Shown: in pieces, positions 7,133 to 16,044 of the stretch
Layout of the letters: every line of letters starts with the position of its first letter
Position numbering within the stretch: position 1 is the first letter of the stretch
Origin: a virus
Taxonomy: Duplodnaviria; Caudoviricetes
IMG/VR virus record: IMGVR_UViG_2706795976_000001
Coordinates: 1 to 64,000 of that record
Length of the DNA stretch: 64,000 bases
Reading direction: 5' to 3' (one strand)
Program-made: the position numbers and the translations under genes
Notes under the pieces: generated by a model
Told to the model about the DNA's origin: nothing
Databases searched by the model: none
Seen by the model: the letters and a program-made list of their open reading frames with translations, nothing else

Positions 7133-7224
7133 CAAACCCCGGAGGCAAGTGACAGCCTCTTCTGCCTCTGCAGATCTGATCGAATCTGTATGCGGACACA
7201 GAACCTAGGCTGTGGGGGCTTTTT

Positions 7225-7310
7225 GGAGAGTATGCCCACGGTGGGCGCGCGGTGTCGAATACCGCTATACGGTAAACATTCCGGGGGTTCAACTCCTCTG
7301 CTCTCCGCCA
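7225..7310 (+). tRNA. tRNA-Ser(CGA), CCA encoded
   Basis: Acceptor GGAGAGT/GCTCTCC + G + CCA, GCGGT-GTCGAAT-ACCGC, long variable arm. Confidence 0.8.
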
Positions 7311-7311
7311 A

Positions 7312-7394
7312 GGCGAGATATCCAGACTGGGTCTGGTCCCCGTTGCTAGCGGGAGGGCACCTACGGGTGTGGGATTCGATTTCTCATCTCGCCG
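7312..7394 (+). tRNA. tRNA-Ser(GCT)
   Basis: Acceptor GGCGAGA/TCTCGCC + G, anticodon loop TTGCTAG, variable arm GCACC-TACG-GGTGT. Confidence 0.8.
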
Positions 7395-7395
7395 C

Positions 7396-8121
7396 GTGAC
7401 TCCCAACATCGGCGTGGCTATCACGCACAAGGACCGGCCGCGCACCATGATGACCAATTACGTCAAGTGGTCTCTGGAAACCCCTGATGACGCACCCATC
7501 GTGGTAGTCGACGACGGTTCTGAGTACTGGGATGAGAAGTGGCCAGGACCTAAGCCGGACTTCATCAGCCCTAAGTCACCTAAGCAGTCTCGCGGTGTCG
7601 CTCGAGCCAAGAACATCTGTCTTGAGATTCTCATGGACCTCGACGTTGAGCACCTGTTCCTCGTGGATGACGACTGCTATCCAATCACCCCATACTGGTG
7701 GCACCCGTACGTAGAGTCGCCCCACCCGCACCTACAGGCCATCTTCCCGAAGCCGGGAGGCACGAGCGTCAAGAAGCTGGTCCCGGCGCGCCTGGATGAG
7801 AACCACATCTCCTACGACGGCGGACGCGGGTACTTCCTCTACTTTCATCGATCGGCAATCGAGAAGGTCGGCGGTTTCGACCCGACTTTCTCTCCCGGTG
7901 GCTGGGAGCATGTCAACATGTCCGATCGGATCTTCACTTCCGGACTCACCCCGAGTCGGTTCATCGACGTCTCCACGAAAACCATCCAGGCTATGGATGA
8001 GGTGCGTTCGATTGAGTCTTCAATAGGACCGCGCTCACGAGCGGACAGGGCCCGTGCGCGGGGGTATCGTTTGAAGATGATGGATGTACCGTACTACGTC
8101 GACTATAGGAGCGCTCAGTGA
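7396..8121 (+). CDS. Glycosyltransferase family 2
   Basis: IVVVDDGS, GVARAKN, LFLVDDD (DxD), GGFDPTFSPGGWEH; start set to GTG 7396 because the longer ORF overlaps tRNA-Ser. Confidence 0.88.
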   Translation: MTPNIGVAITHKDRPRTMMTNYVKWSLETPDDAPIVVVDDGSEYWDEKWPGPKPDFISPKSPKQSRGVARAKNICLEILMDLDVEHLFLVDDDCYPITPYWWHPYVESPHPHLQAIFPKPGGTSVKKLVPARLDENHISYDGGRGYFLYFHRSAIEKVGGFDPTFSPGGWEHVNMSDRIFTSGLTPSRFIDVSTKTIQAMDEVRSIESSIGPRSRADRARARGYRLKMMDVPYYVDYRSAQ

Positions 8122-9461
8122 TCGAGCTGTCCATTCTGGTGTGCTCTACCCACACCAGGTACAACACGTTCGCTCCCAAGATCCAGGAGCAGCTCTACGG
8201 GCAGCTCAACGAGTCCAACCAGGACCGAGTCGAGATCCTGATGCTGACCGACAACAAGCAGATCATGCTCGGCGAGAAGCGGAACATGATGGTCGAGATG
8301 GCCCAGGGCGAGTGGGTTGTTTTCGTGGACGACGACGACCGGGTCGCCCCGGACTACATCGATCAGCTCCTCGCAGGCATCACAGAGGCTCGCAAGGCGG
8401 ACGTCCTCGTAAATGTGATCACCTTTAACGCCTCGGTCTCGATCAACGGCAAGCCTCCGAAGCTATGCCGTTACTCACACCTCTACACCGAAGATCACGA
8501 TACTGCCGATGAGTACCACCGGCTGCCCAATCACATCTGCTGTGTGCGACGAGACACAGCCCTGAGGGTGCCCTTCCCGAGCATCCCGTACGGCGAGGAC
8601 TCGGGCTATTCCAAGCAGCTCATCGAGCTCCTCATCCATGGCCTCCACATCGACAAGGTCCTGTACTACTACGACTACAACTCGTCCACCTCCGAGACTC
8701 AGCAGCAGAAGCCTGCCAGCCAGCGGAAGAAGCCCAAGGTACGCGAGCAGCCGATCGTCGACGTCGTGTTCTTGTCAAATGCCAAGTCCGAGAGCATGTA
8801 CCAGATGACCAAGGCGGCAATCCAAACGTGTCGAGACGGCGCTAGGGGTCACCGGGTCAACGTCATCGTGTTGGAGCAGTCGTCCAGGTACTGCACCTAC
8901 CTACAGGCCGACCGTGTGGTGCGAATGCCAAAAGAGTTCCACTACAACAAGTTTGCCAACAAGGGCGCTCAATTGGGAACTGCCCCTTGGCTTATAATCG
9001 CGAACAACGACCTCGTGTTCTCCTCAGGATGGCTGGAGGCTCTCCTCGACGCCACCGCCAATGGTCATACGATCGTGTCTCCACGGTGCCCGGTTCGGCA
9101 TCCCGTCAACTCCCTAGTGGTCGACCCTGGCTGGGTAAATGGGGTTCACTTCGCGGGGTGGTGCTTCATGATGTCGCGTCGGGTGTACGAACTCATCGGT
9201 GGCTTCGATGAGTGCGTGAGCTTCTGGTGCTCCGACGATGTCGTGCTTGAGCAGCTGAAAGAGGCCGCGCAGGGACCGCCTGCACTGGTGGGCAACTCGA
9301 TCGTAACCCATCTCGGGTCCGAGACGTTGAAGTCGGCCGACAACTACGACGACATGACGTGGGCTCAGGTTCACGCCTTCAATGAACACCACGGTCAGAA
9401 CAAGTTCTCTGACCACCCCAAGTACACAAGGTGGAAGGCACGAAATGGAATCCGAACCTGA
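8118..9461 (+). CDS. Double-domain glycosyltransferase family 2
   Basis: Domain 1: LSILVCS, GEKRN, VFVDDDD, GEDS. Domain 2: VDVVFLS, NNDLVF, GGFDE, SDD. Confidence 0.88.
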   Translation: MIELSILVCSTHTRYNTFAPKIQEQLYGQLNESNQDRVEILMLTDNKQIMLGEKRNMMVEMAQGEWVVFVDDDDRVAPDYIDQLLAGITEARKADVLVNVITFNASVSINGKPPKLCRYSHLYTEDHDTADEYHRLPNHICCVRRDTALRVPFPSIPYGEDSGYSKQLIELLIHGLHIDKVLYYYDYNSSTSETQQQKPASQRKKPKVREQPIVDVVFLSNAKSESMYQMTKAAIQTCRDGARGHRVNVIVLEQSSRYCTYLQADRVVRMPKEFHYNKFANKGAQLGTAPWLIIANNDLVFSSGWLEALLDATANGHTIVSPRCPVRHPVNSLVVDPGWVNGVHFAGWCFMMSRRVYELIGGFDECVSFWCSDDVVLEQLKEAAQGPPALVGNSIVTHLGSETLKSADNYDDMTWAQVHAFNEHHGQNKFSDHPKYTRWKARNGIRT

Positions 9462-9702
9462 CCAAGACACCCCGCCCCCGTTTGACGACGACGGTGTATA
9501 TGAGCTGTCCAGACTGACCGCGATCCGGCTGATTGGTGCCGACGGTGAGATCTGGTACGAGGTCTACTGGGAGGACTACCGAGGCTTCGAGGAGCCCACA
9601 TGGGATGAGAAGCAGCTCATCATTGCTCGAGTCCAGCGGAACCTGATGTTCTCTGAGCTCGAGTTCGAAGTGGTGGGCGAAGATGACGACGACGACCAAT
9701 AG
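9445..9702 (+). CDS. Small acidic hypothetical protein
   Basis: MESEPDQD...GEDDDDDQ; GGAAGG SD upstream. Confidence 0.6.
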   Translation: MESEPDQDTPPPFDDDGVYELSRLTAIRLIGADGEIWYEVYWEDYRGFEEPTWDEKQLIIARVQRNLMFSELEFEVVGEDDDDDQ

Positions 9703-9703
9703 C

Positions 9704-9732
9704 TTGCCTCTCCTGAATACCGTTCCTACAAT
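9704..9732 (+). promoter_or_regulatory. SigA-type promoter upstream of the terminase/virion operon
   Basis: TTGCCT-N17-TACAAT; shares CTTGC..TCCTG context with the 5684 promoter. Confidence 0.65.
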
Positions 9733-9975
9733 ATAGACATAGGGCTACCCCCGGACGACGCCCTCGACTCTCGAATCTCACGCATGCAGTCTCAAACCTG
9801 CCCGGGGCTAAAAGGAAGTTGACCCACTCGATGAGCGACAGGCTCCGGGAAGTGGTCCTCCTGAGTTGTCCGTCATGGACCTCTCATCACAATCGCGCTC
9901 CGCAAGGGAGTCAATCATGCCTCGAAATACAAGCGTGCCTACGGCTCGCTATTTTGTCATGTCTGGGGGTGACCG

Positions 9976-10458
9976 ATGAGTACGCCCGGACCCGCACCCC
10001 AGGAAGACCGCGCGCGCCGGAATAAGGATCCCCGGCTGCAGCAGGAGGACTGGACCGCGCTCGATCCGTCTCCCCATGAGGATTGGGACATCCCCGAGAT
10101 CCCCGATTGGGTTCCGATCACCGACCGCACACAGCAGGTCTACGACTTCCTCATGCGGCTGCCTCAGAGTCGGCTGTGGAACCAGGGCGAGTGGTTCTGG
10201 ATCTGGATGTCGCTGCCGACGATCGAGAAGTACTTCGAGAAGCCCGGCGGTGAAGGACTCAAGGCCCTGACCGGCGTGCTGAACAGCAATCTCCGACTCA
10301 CCCAGGACGAGCTCTCCAAGGCCCGCGTCAAGTGGCAGAAGGCTGAGACGAACGAAGTTGACTCGGAATTGGACGAAGAGGCAGCCGCCCTCGTTACTAA
10401 GCTCGCCGACCGACGTAGTCGTCTCACGGTAGCACCGCCGCCTGCTTCATCGGAGTAG
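9976..10458 (+). CDS. Terminase small subunit
   Basis: N-terminal GPAP..RARRNK typical of actinophage TerS; directly upstream of TerL. Confidence 0.8.
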   Translation: MSTPGPAPQEDRARRNKDPRLQQEDWTALDPSPHEDWDIPEIPDWVPITDRTQQVYDFLMRLPQSRLWNQGEWFWIWMSLPTIEKYFEKPGGEGLKALTGVLNSNLRLTQDELSKARVKWQKAETNEVDSELDEEAAALVTKLADRRSRLTVAPPPASSE

Positions 10459-10461
10459 GCC

Positions 10462-12180
10462 ATGCCTCACGAGGTATTCCACAGCCCCGATGTAGTCATG
10501 GACCGGTCGCTGGGGTGGCTTGCGGCCGACTGGATTGAGCGCCAGTGCATTCGCGGCAACGGTCCCATCATCGGTGAGCCGGTTAAGCACCTTGTGGATG
10601 ACTACGTACGGTTCGTCGTTCTTACCTACGCCATCTCAGAGGAGGGTCGGCTACTCCACACCTCCTCGTTTCTCAGCCGAGCAAAGGGGTGGGCCAAGTC
10701 GGAGCTCGCGGCCTTCATCGGCCTGTTTGACGCTCTAGGGCCATCCAGGTTCGATCACTACGCTGAGCCGGGGGAGAAGTACGTCTGCCCCCACGGTACA
10801 GGCTACGTGTACTACTACCAGCCCGGCGAACCCGTGGGCAAGCACATGGCGACTCCCATCGTCCAGTGTGTGGCCACCGAAGAGGGGCAGGCGGGTGAGG
10901 TCTACTCGACCATCTACCTAAACTGTTCCGAGGGCCCTCTCCGTGTTGCGTTTGATGGCAATGCTGTTGGCCTGACCCGCATCATGATCCCGGGCGGGGG
11001 GTTCATCAAGCCCATCTCAGCTAAGGGTGACTCCAAGGACGGCGGTAAGGCCACACTAGTCCTCGCCGACGAGACCCACCTCTGGAAGACCAACGAGCTC
11101 CACAACCTGTACAAGACACTCGGTCGAAACCTGCTGAAGCGTCGGCGAGAGGGCACGTTCTTCCTCGAGACCTCGACCATGTTCGGAATCGGCGAGGGGT
11201 CGGTTGCTGAGCAGGCCTACGAGGCTGTGAAGACGATCCGAGAGGGCAAGTTCAAGGGCCGCATCTCTCAGCTGTTTGATCACCGCTACGGACAGATTGA
11301 CGCCGAGGACCTGGACGACCCGGAGAAGGTGCGTGCAGCGCTCACCGAGTCGTACGCGGAGGCTCTTGAGTGGAATGACCTCGAGTCCATGGTCGACTCT
11401 GCCATGGACCTCCGACTTGGTGCCGACATCACCTCGACCTTCCGGTACTTCTTCAACGACGCCTGGGGTGCAATCGACTCCTGGCTGGCTTCGTATCAGT
11501 GGAGCCAGTGTGGCTCAGAGGGTTACGACGACGACTACATCGAGCCGGAGCCCATCCAGAAGGGCGATGTAATCACCCTCGGGTTCGACGGCTCGAGGAA
11601 GCGCGAACGCGGCATCACCGACTCCACGGCACTGATCGCATGCCGGGTGCGCGATGGACTCATCTTCCCGATCGAGATCTGGGAGCAGCCGCTGGGGTGG
11701 AACAAGGACTACGGCTGGGAAGCTCCCATGGCTGAGGTCCAGGCGAAGGTGAAGCAGGCCTTCGCAACCTTCCGAGTGGTCGCCTTCTACGCTGACCCCG
11801 CGTACTGGGTCGATACCGTCTCCGGATGGGAAGCCAAGTACGGAAGTAGCTTGAAGGTCAAGGCATCTCAGAAGCACCCGTGTGAATACTGGATGACCGG
11901 TGGCGTCGCCAAGCGAACCGTCGCCACCATCGACAAGGCTGAGGAAGCGATCCTCAACCGTGAACTAAAGCACTTCGACGACCCCCGACTGACCACCCAC
12001 GTACTCAATTGTCGCCGTAAGGAAACCACGGCGGGAAGGCAGCTAGGCAAGGAAACACCCAACAGCCCCAAGAAGATTGACGCTGCCATAGCGATGATCC
12101 TTGCGTGGCAGGCCCGGCTGGATGCTGTGGCCGCAGGTGTCGCCATACAGAAGAAGCGCGTCGCCTACAGACTTCGCTAG
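10462..12180 (+). CDS. Terminase large subunit
   Basis: Walker A-like SRAKGWAKS, Walker B VLADETH, nuclease LGFDGS...DSTAL, KIDAAIA. Confidence 0.95.
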   Translation: MPHEVFHSPDVVMDRSLGWLAADWIERQCIRGNGPIIGEPVKHLVDDYVRFVVLTYAISEEGRLLHTSSFLSRAKGWAKSELAAFIGLFDALGPSRFDHYAEPGEKYVCPHGTGYVYYYQPGEPVGKHMATPIVQCVATEEGQAGEVYSTIYLNCSEGPLRVAFDGNAVGLTRIMIPGGGFIKPISAKGDSKDGGKATLVLADETHLWKTNELHNLYKTLGRNLLKRRREGTFFLETSTMFGIGEGSVAEQAYEAVKTIREGKFKGRISQLFDHRYGQIDAEDLDDPEKVRAALTESYAEALEWNDLESMVDSAMDLRLGADITSTFRYFFNDAWGAIDSWLASYQWSQCGSEGYDDDYIEPEPIQKGDVITLGFDGSRKRERGITDSTALIACRVRDGLIFPIEIWEQPLGWNKDYGWEAPMAEVQAKVKQAFATFRVVAFYADPAYWVDTVSGWEAKYGSSLKVKASQKHPCEYWMTGGVAKRTVATIDKAEEAILNRELKHFDDPRLTTHVLNCRRKETTAGRQLGKETPNSPKKIDAAIAMILAWQARLDAVAAGVAIQKKRVAYRLR

Positions 12181-12188
12181 GAGCCCCT

Positions 12189-13751
12189 ATGAATCCGGAA
12201 TCCAAGCCGGGAACCCCCGAGTTCGTCTTCATCCACCTCATGGAGAAGATGGACGAGGACCTTCCCGAGAACCCGGTTGTCAAGAACCCCAACGCCCCCA
12301 AGACCCGACTGGAGCGATTCGACCTCCTCTGGCGATACCTGGAGGGTAACGCACCACTACCTCGAGTGGCCGACGACTACCGCAGCGCCTTCGAGCAGGT
12401 GCTCCGCAAGGCTCGAGCCAACTACCAGCTCCTGATCGTCGAGTCCATGGTGGACCGCTCCAAGGTGGGCAACGTGTCCACGGCGGCAGACGCCGACTTC
12501 GACGGCGACGAGGCTGCTGCTCAGATCCATGACATGTCGTCGTTCCCCGCGTTCATGTCGGACCTGCAGACCCACCTCTACACCTTCGGGGAGTCCTACG
12601 CGCGCATCCTAATGCCCGAGGAACTACTCGGCGAGGGCGAGAGTGAAGCGCCTGTCTACACCGACGGCACCCCGCCCATGTTCGTGGCGGAGGACCCCCG
12701 GAACTGTGTGGGGTGGGACAATCCTCGACGGCCGGGGCAGATGCAGGCGTGGGTCAAGATCTGGGATGACGAGCTCTACGACCAGCAGGTCGCGGTGATG
12801 TATTGGGACTCACAGCAGTTCATTGCCCGTCGCGAAGAGGGTACCTACACCGACAACTTCGACCCGGAGGAGTGGGAATGGTCGAAGGGCATCCCCGGCG
12901 AGAAGCCCAAGACTCCCATGCCGCAGCTGAAGCCGTTTGGCGGTGTCCCAGTTGTCAAGTTCCGCAACAAGATGGACATGGGTGAGTTCGAGCCCCACAT
13001 CGACATCCTCGACAGGATCATCGACTCCACGCTCCTCATCATGGTCATCGGCTGGTACCAGTCGTTCCGTCAGCGCGCGATCAAGGGCAACCTCGACTCG
13101 GGTGAGAACCTGGTAGATGCTGACCAGATCAACTCGATCATCAAGGACGTGCGTGACGGCGAGACCGGCGAGCTCAAGGACCTCTTCCAGGCCGACCCGG
13201 GTGCCCTGTGGCTAGTCCCTGGCGATGTAGACTTCTGGGAGTCTCAGGTCACCGATCTCCAGCCGCTGTCTGGCACCCGCAATGACCACATCCGCGAGCT
13301 GTCGGCCGTGTCCCGTACCCCCCTGGCCATGTTCGCCCACGACGACGCCAACCAGACGTCCCAGGGCTCGGAGATGCAGCAGAAGTACCACGTGGACAAG
13401 ATCAAGGATCGCCAGGCTCGCATCACCCCGGGTCTGATTCTGCTCCACCAGATGGCTTTTGCCATGATGGGAGACCTGCAGCGCGCGGTCGGCGTCCAGG
13501 TCAAGTGGAGCAATGCTACCCACGTCGCACTCGCAGACAAGGCCTCCGCCACCCAGCAGACCTCGGGTGTCCTGTCCCGCAAGCGCCAGCTCGTCGAGAT
13601 CTGGGGCTGGGACGCCGCTACCATCAAGCTCAACGAGACCGAGCTCATGCAGGAGGCTCTCATGGCTCAGTCCCTGATGGCCGAGGCCCCCGAGGACAAC
13701 CCCGACGAGGGTGGCGGAAGCTCGGAGCCATCCGATGACGGAGGTAGTTGA
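12189..13751 (+). CDS. Portal protein (SPP1 gp6-like)
   Basis: Follows TerL; VPVVKFRN..GEFEPHIDILDRI motif; ATG 12189 has AGGAG SD. Confidence 0.9.
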   Translation: MNPESKPGTPEFVFIHLMEKMDEDLPENPVVKNPNAPKTRLERFDLLWRYLEGNAPLPRVADDYRSAFEQVLRKARANYQLLIVESMVDRSKVGNVSTAADADFDGDEAAAQIHDMSSFPAFMSDLQTHLYTFGESYARILMPEELLGEGESEAPVYTDGTPPMFVAEDPRNCVGWDNPRRPGQMQAWVKIWDDELYDQQVAVMYWDSQQFIARREEGTYTDNFDPEEWEWSKGIPGEKPKTPMPQLKPFGGVPVVKFRNKMDMGEFEPHIDILDRIIDSTLLIMVIGWYQSFRQRAIKGNLDSGENLVDADQINSIIKDVRDGETGELKDLFQADPGALWLVPGDVDFWESQVTDLQPLSGTRNDHIRELSAVSRTPLAMFAHDDANQTSQGSEMQQKYHVDKIKDRQARITPGLILLHQMAFAMMGDLQRAVGVQVKWSNATHVALADKASATQQTSGVLSRKRQLVEIWGWDAATIKLNETELMQEALMAQSLMAEAPEDNPDEGGGSSEPSDDGGS

Positions 13752-14671
13752 TGGCCGACTCCCGGTTCCTCCGGCTCGTTAAGAACTACTCCGCCCAGCG
13801 GGGTGCTGTGTCGGATCGTGTTGAGCTCCAGGTGAATAGTGCCTGGGCTCGCACTGACCCATACAACGGTCAGTCGGTGAAGGACTTCGTGGAGCAGGCC
13901 TCGCTGTTCATGACTGCCGGTCAGCAGCAGGTGGCCTTCCAGATCGCAGCCGTCCAGCGCACAGCGTTCGACCTCCTCGGCGTCGAGGGTATGGAGGACT
14001 ACATCCCGAATGTCCCCGACGAGGTTCGACTCTACTCCGATGAGGGATACGAGTTCGCAGATCCCGTTTCTGTCAGGACGGATCTAGGATTCTCTCAGCG
14101 ACTTCCTGCAGACGAAGTCTTCAACCGACCGGTGCGAAAGTACCGATATCTGCGCTCGGTTGGCAAGTCGCATAGTGAATCGCTTGACGAATCCAATAAT
14201 CGTGTGAAGATTATTGTAGAGACAAATCTGGCACTGGCTCAGCGAGAAGCTGAGACTCAGATCATCCAGGCGACCAAGAAGCGCGGCAAGGGCGAGAAGG
14301 TCACCGGATACCGCCGGATCATTCACCCAGAGCGTTCACGCACAGGAGTCTGCGGCCTGTGCATCGCCGCCGCCGACCGCATCTACCAGGTTGAGCAGCT
14401 CAAGGATCTCCACACCTACTGCCAGTGCACTGTGTTGCCTGTCACAGCGGCCAACGATCCGGGGCTCGACCTCAACCAGGAAGACCTCGAGCAGCTGTAC
14501 GGACCAGACGGCCGGACAGCCAGCGAATACCTGAGGCAGCTCAGCTTCAAGGTCGAACAACACGGCGAGCTCGGACCGATCCTGGTTCCCACGGCGTCCT
14601 CCAAGGGCGGTGGGGTAATCACGTTCAACCAGCAGCAAAATGATACCCGGACCCAGACCAGGGCCGCGTAA
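13751..14671 (+). CDS. MuF-like minor capsid / capsid maturation protein
   Basis: GYRRIIHPE..CGLC..A.DRIY...HTYCQCTVLP. Confidence 0.75.
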   Translation: MADSRFLRLVKNYSAQRGAVSDRVELQVNSAWARTDPYNGQSVKDFVEQASLFMTAGQQQVAFQIAAVQRTAFDLLGVEGMEDYIPNVPDEVRLYSDEGYEFADPVSVRTDLGFSQRLPADEVFNRPVRKYRYLRSVGKSHSESLDESNNRVKIIVETNLALAQREAETQIIQATKKRGKGEKVTGYRRIIHPERSRTGVCGLCIAAADRIYQVEQLKDLHTYCQCTVLPVTAANDPGLDLNQEDLEQLYGPDGRTASEYLRQLSFKVEQHGELGPILVPTASSKGGGVITFNQQQNDTRTQTRAA

Positions 14672-14731
14672 TCTCCGCCTCCGTCACGGGGGCACATCCA
14701 CAATCCATCCCGACAGGGGAGCAATACTCGC

Positions 14732-15601
14732 ATGAACATCTCGGCTTTTCAACTGCCCGTTCATCCCGTTACCGGCCTTCGGGCCCTTGGCTACACCAGC
14801 CGAGGACCGATTTGGCCACAGCTTGGCGGATCGCCTGAAAACGATCCGGAGCCAGGTGGTGGGGATCCGAATAAGGATCCCGATTCCGCACCGCCCGGAG
14901 ATCCGGAGTCGAAGGAAGTAGATCCGGACCCGGGCAAGGAAACGGAGCCCACGGAAACTTCCAACGGCAAGCCATGGGCGGTGAACAAGAACACCGGAGA
15001 GAAGCTCGGCTTCCCAGCCGATACTCCGTCCGCCGATATGAGTCTTGACGAGCAGGTGGCGTACTGGAAGCACAACTCCCGCAAGTGGGAGGCTCGGGCA
15101 GGCAAGCCCGCGAACGGCGAAGAGAGCGAAGAGGTTCAGACCCTCCGAGCTAGGGTCGGCGAACTCGAGGGCAAGCTGCGTACCACGGATGAGCAGGCTC
15201 AGCACGAGGCAATTGAGTCGGCGCGCACAGAGGGTTACGCAACCGCACGAGCGGAACTGCTTCCCCAGCTTCGCGACTCGCAGCTGCAGACCTACGCCAC
15301 GCCGTACTTCCATGGCGAAAAGGCCACCGAACGACTTACTACTTTCCTCCAGGGCATCAACACCGAGCACTTCCTCGCAGAGGGTGAAGACCACCTCATC
15401 GACGGCGCGAAGGTGATCAAGCACCTGGAAGGTCTCGGACTCACCCGAGGCGACAGCATCGACGGCACCCCCGGTCTCTATCCGAATGTTGGTCAAGGCC
15501 AACAGCGTCGGACCAAGAAGACCAACTGGGGCGAGGTTGGCCGAGCTGAGGCTAAGCGCCGCCAAGAAGCCAGTGCCCCCACCGGCTACCAATTCTCCTA
15601 A
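14732..15601 (+). CDS. Scaffolding protein
   Basis: Acidic, Pro-rich N-terminus, QVAYWKHNSRKWE motif, coiled coil; synteny. Confidence 0.8.
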   Translation: MNISAFQLPVHPVTGLRALGYTSRGPIWPQLGGSPENDPEPGGGDPNKDPDSAPPGDPESKEVDPDPGKETEPTETSNGKPWAVNKNTGEKLGFPADTPSADMSLDEQVAYWKHNSRKWEARAGKPANGEESEEVQTLRARVGELEGKLRTTDEQAQHEAIESARTEGYATARAELLPQLRDSQLQTYATPYFHGEKATERLTTFLQGINTEHFLAEGEDHLIDGAKVIKHLEGLGLTRGDSIDGTPGLYPNVGQGQQRRTKKTNWGEVGRAEAKRRQEASAPTGYQFS

Positions 15602-15610
15602 GGACACATC

Positions 15611-16012
15611 ATGACCGACATTGCACCTTTCGTGGTCAAGGAAGTCTACTCGGACCACCAGCGGTGGATCTACCAGGACATCTCCCATCAGGAGGGTCGC
15701 ATCAACGTGACCCTTGACCTGAGCAAGTTCACCGCGAACACGCACTACCCCAAGGGCTTCCTGCCCTCGGGCATCCCGCTCGGCAAGGTCACCGCGACCG
15801 GACTGTACGGGCCCTACGACAACGGTGCCAGCGATGGCCGCGAGAAGTGCGAAGGCTTCCTGTACGCCTTCCGCCCGGTCCGTCAGGGCCAGGAGCGCAC
15901 TTCGGTTGCCCTCTGGGTCGGCCCGGGAATCATCAAGGAGGGCGAGCTTCCCCTCGGCGCACTCGATAGCGCTGGGAAGACCGACCTCAACTGGTTCAAG
16001 TTCGTCGCCTGA
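15611..16012 (+). CDS. Capsid decoration protein (lambda gpD-like)
   Basis: GFLPSGIPLGKVTATGLYGPYD..A.DGRE; between scaffold and major capsid protein. Confidence 0.75.
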   Translation: MTDIAPFVVKEVYSDHQRWIYQDISHQEGRINVTLDLSKFTANTHYPKGFLPSGIPLGKVTATGLYGPYDNGASDGREKCEGFLYAFRPVRQGQERTSVALWVGPGIIKEGELPLGALDSAGKTDLNWFKFVA

Positions 16013-16044
16013 TTCCGGACCAAGAGACTTAGAAAGGGCCTCCA

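Noticed and set aside
5801-7457. ORFs in the six-frame track across the RNA cluster (e.g. 5822..6103, 6780..7010, 7011..7457)
   Set aside because: They overlap tRNAs or strong stems, lack SD sequences and have no protein-like motifs.
14184-14212. Internal promoter TTGACG-N17-AAGATT in an AT-richer patch of the MuF-like gene
   Set aside because: The -10 lacks the first T and the site lies inside a coding region; not enough support without TSS data.
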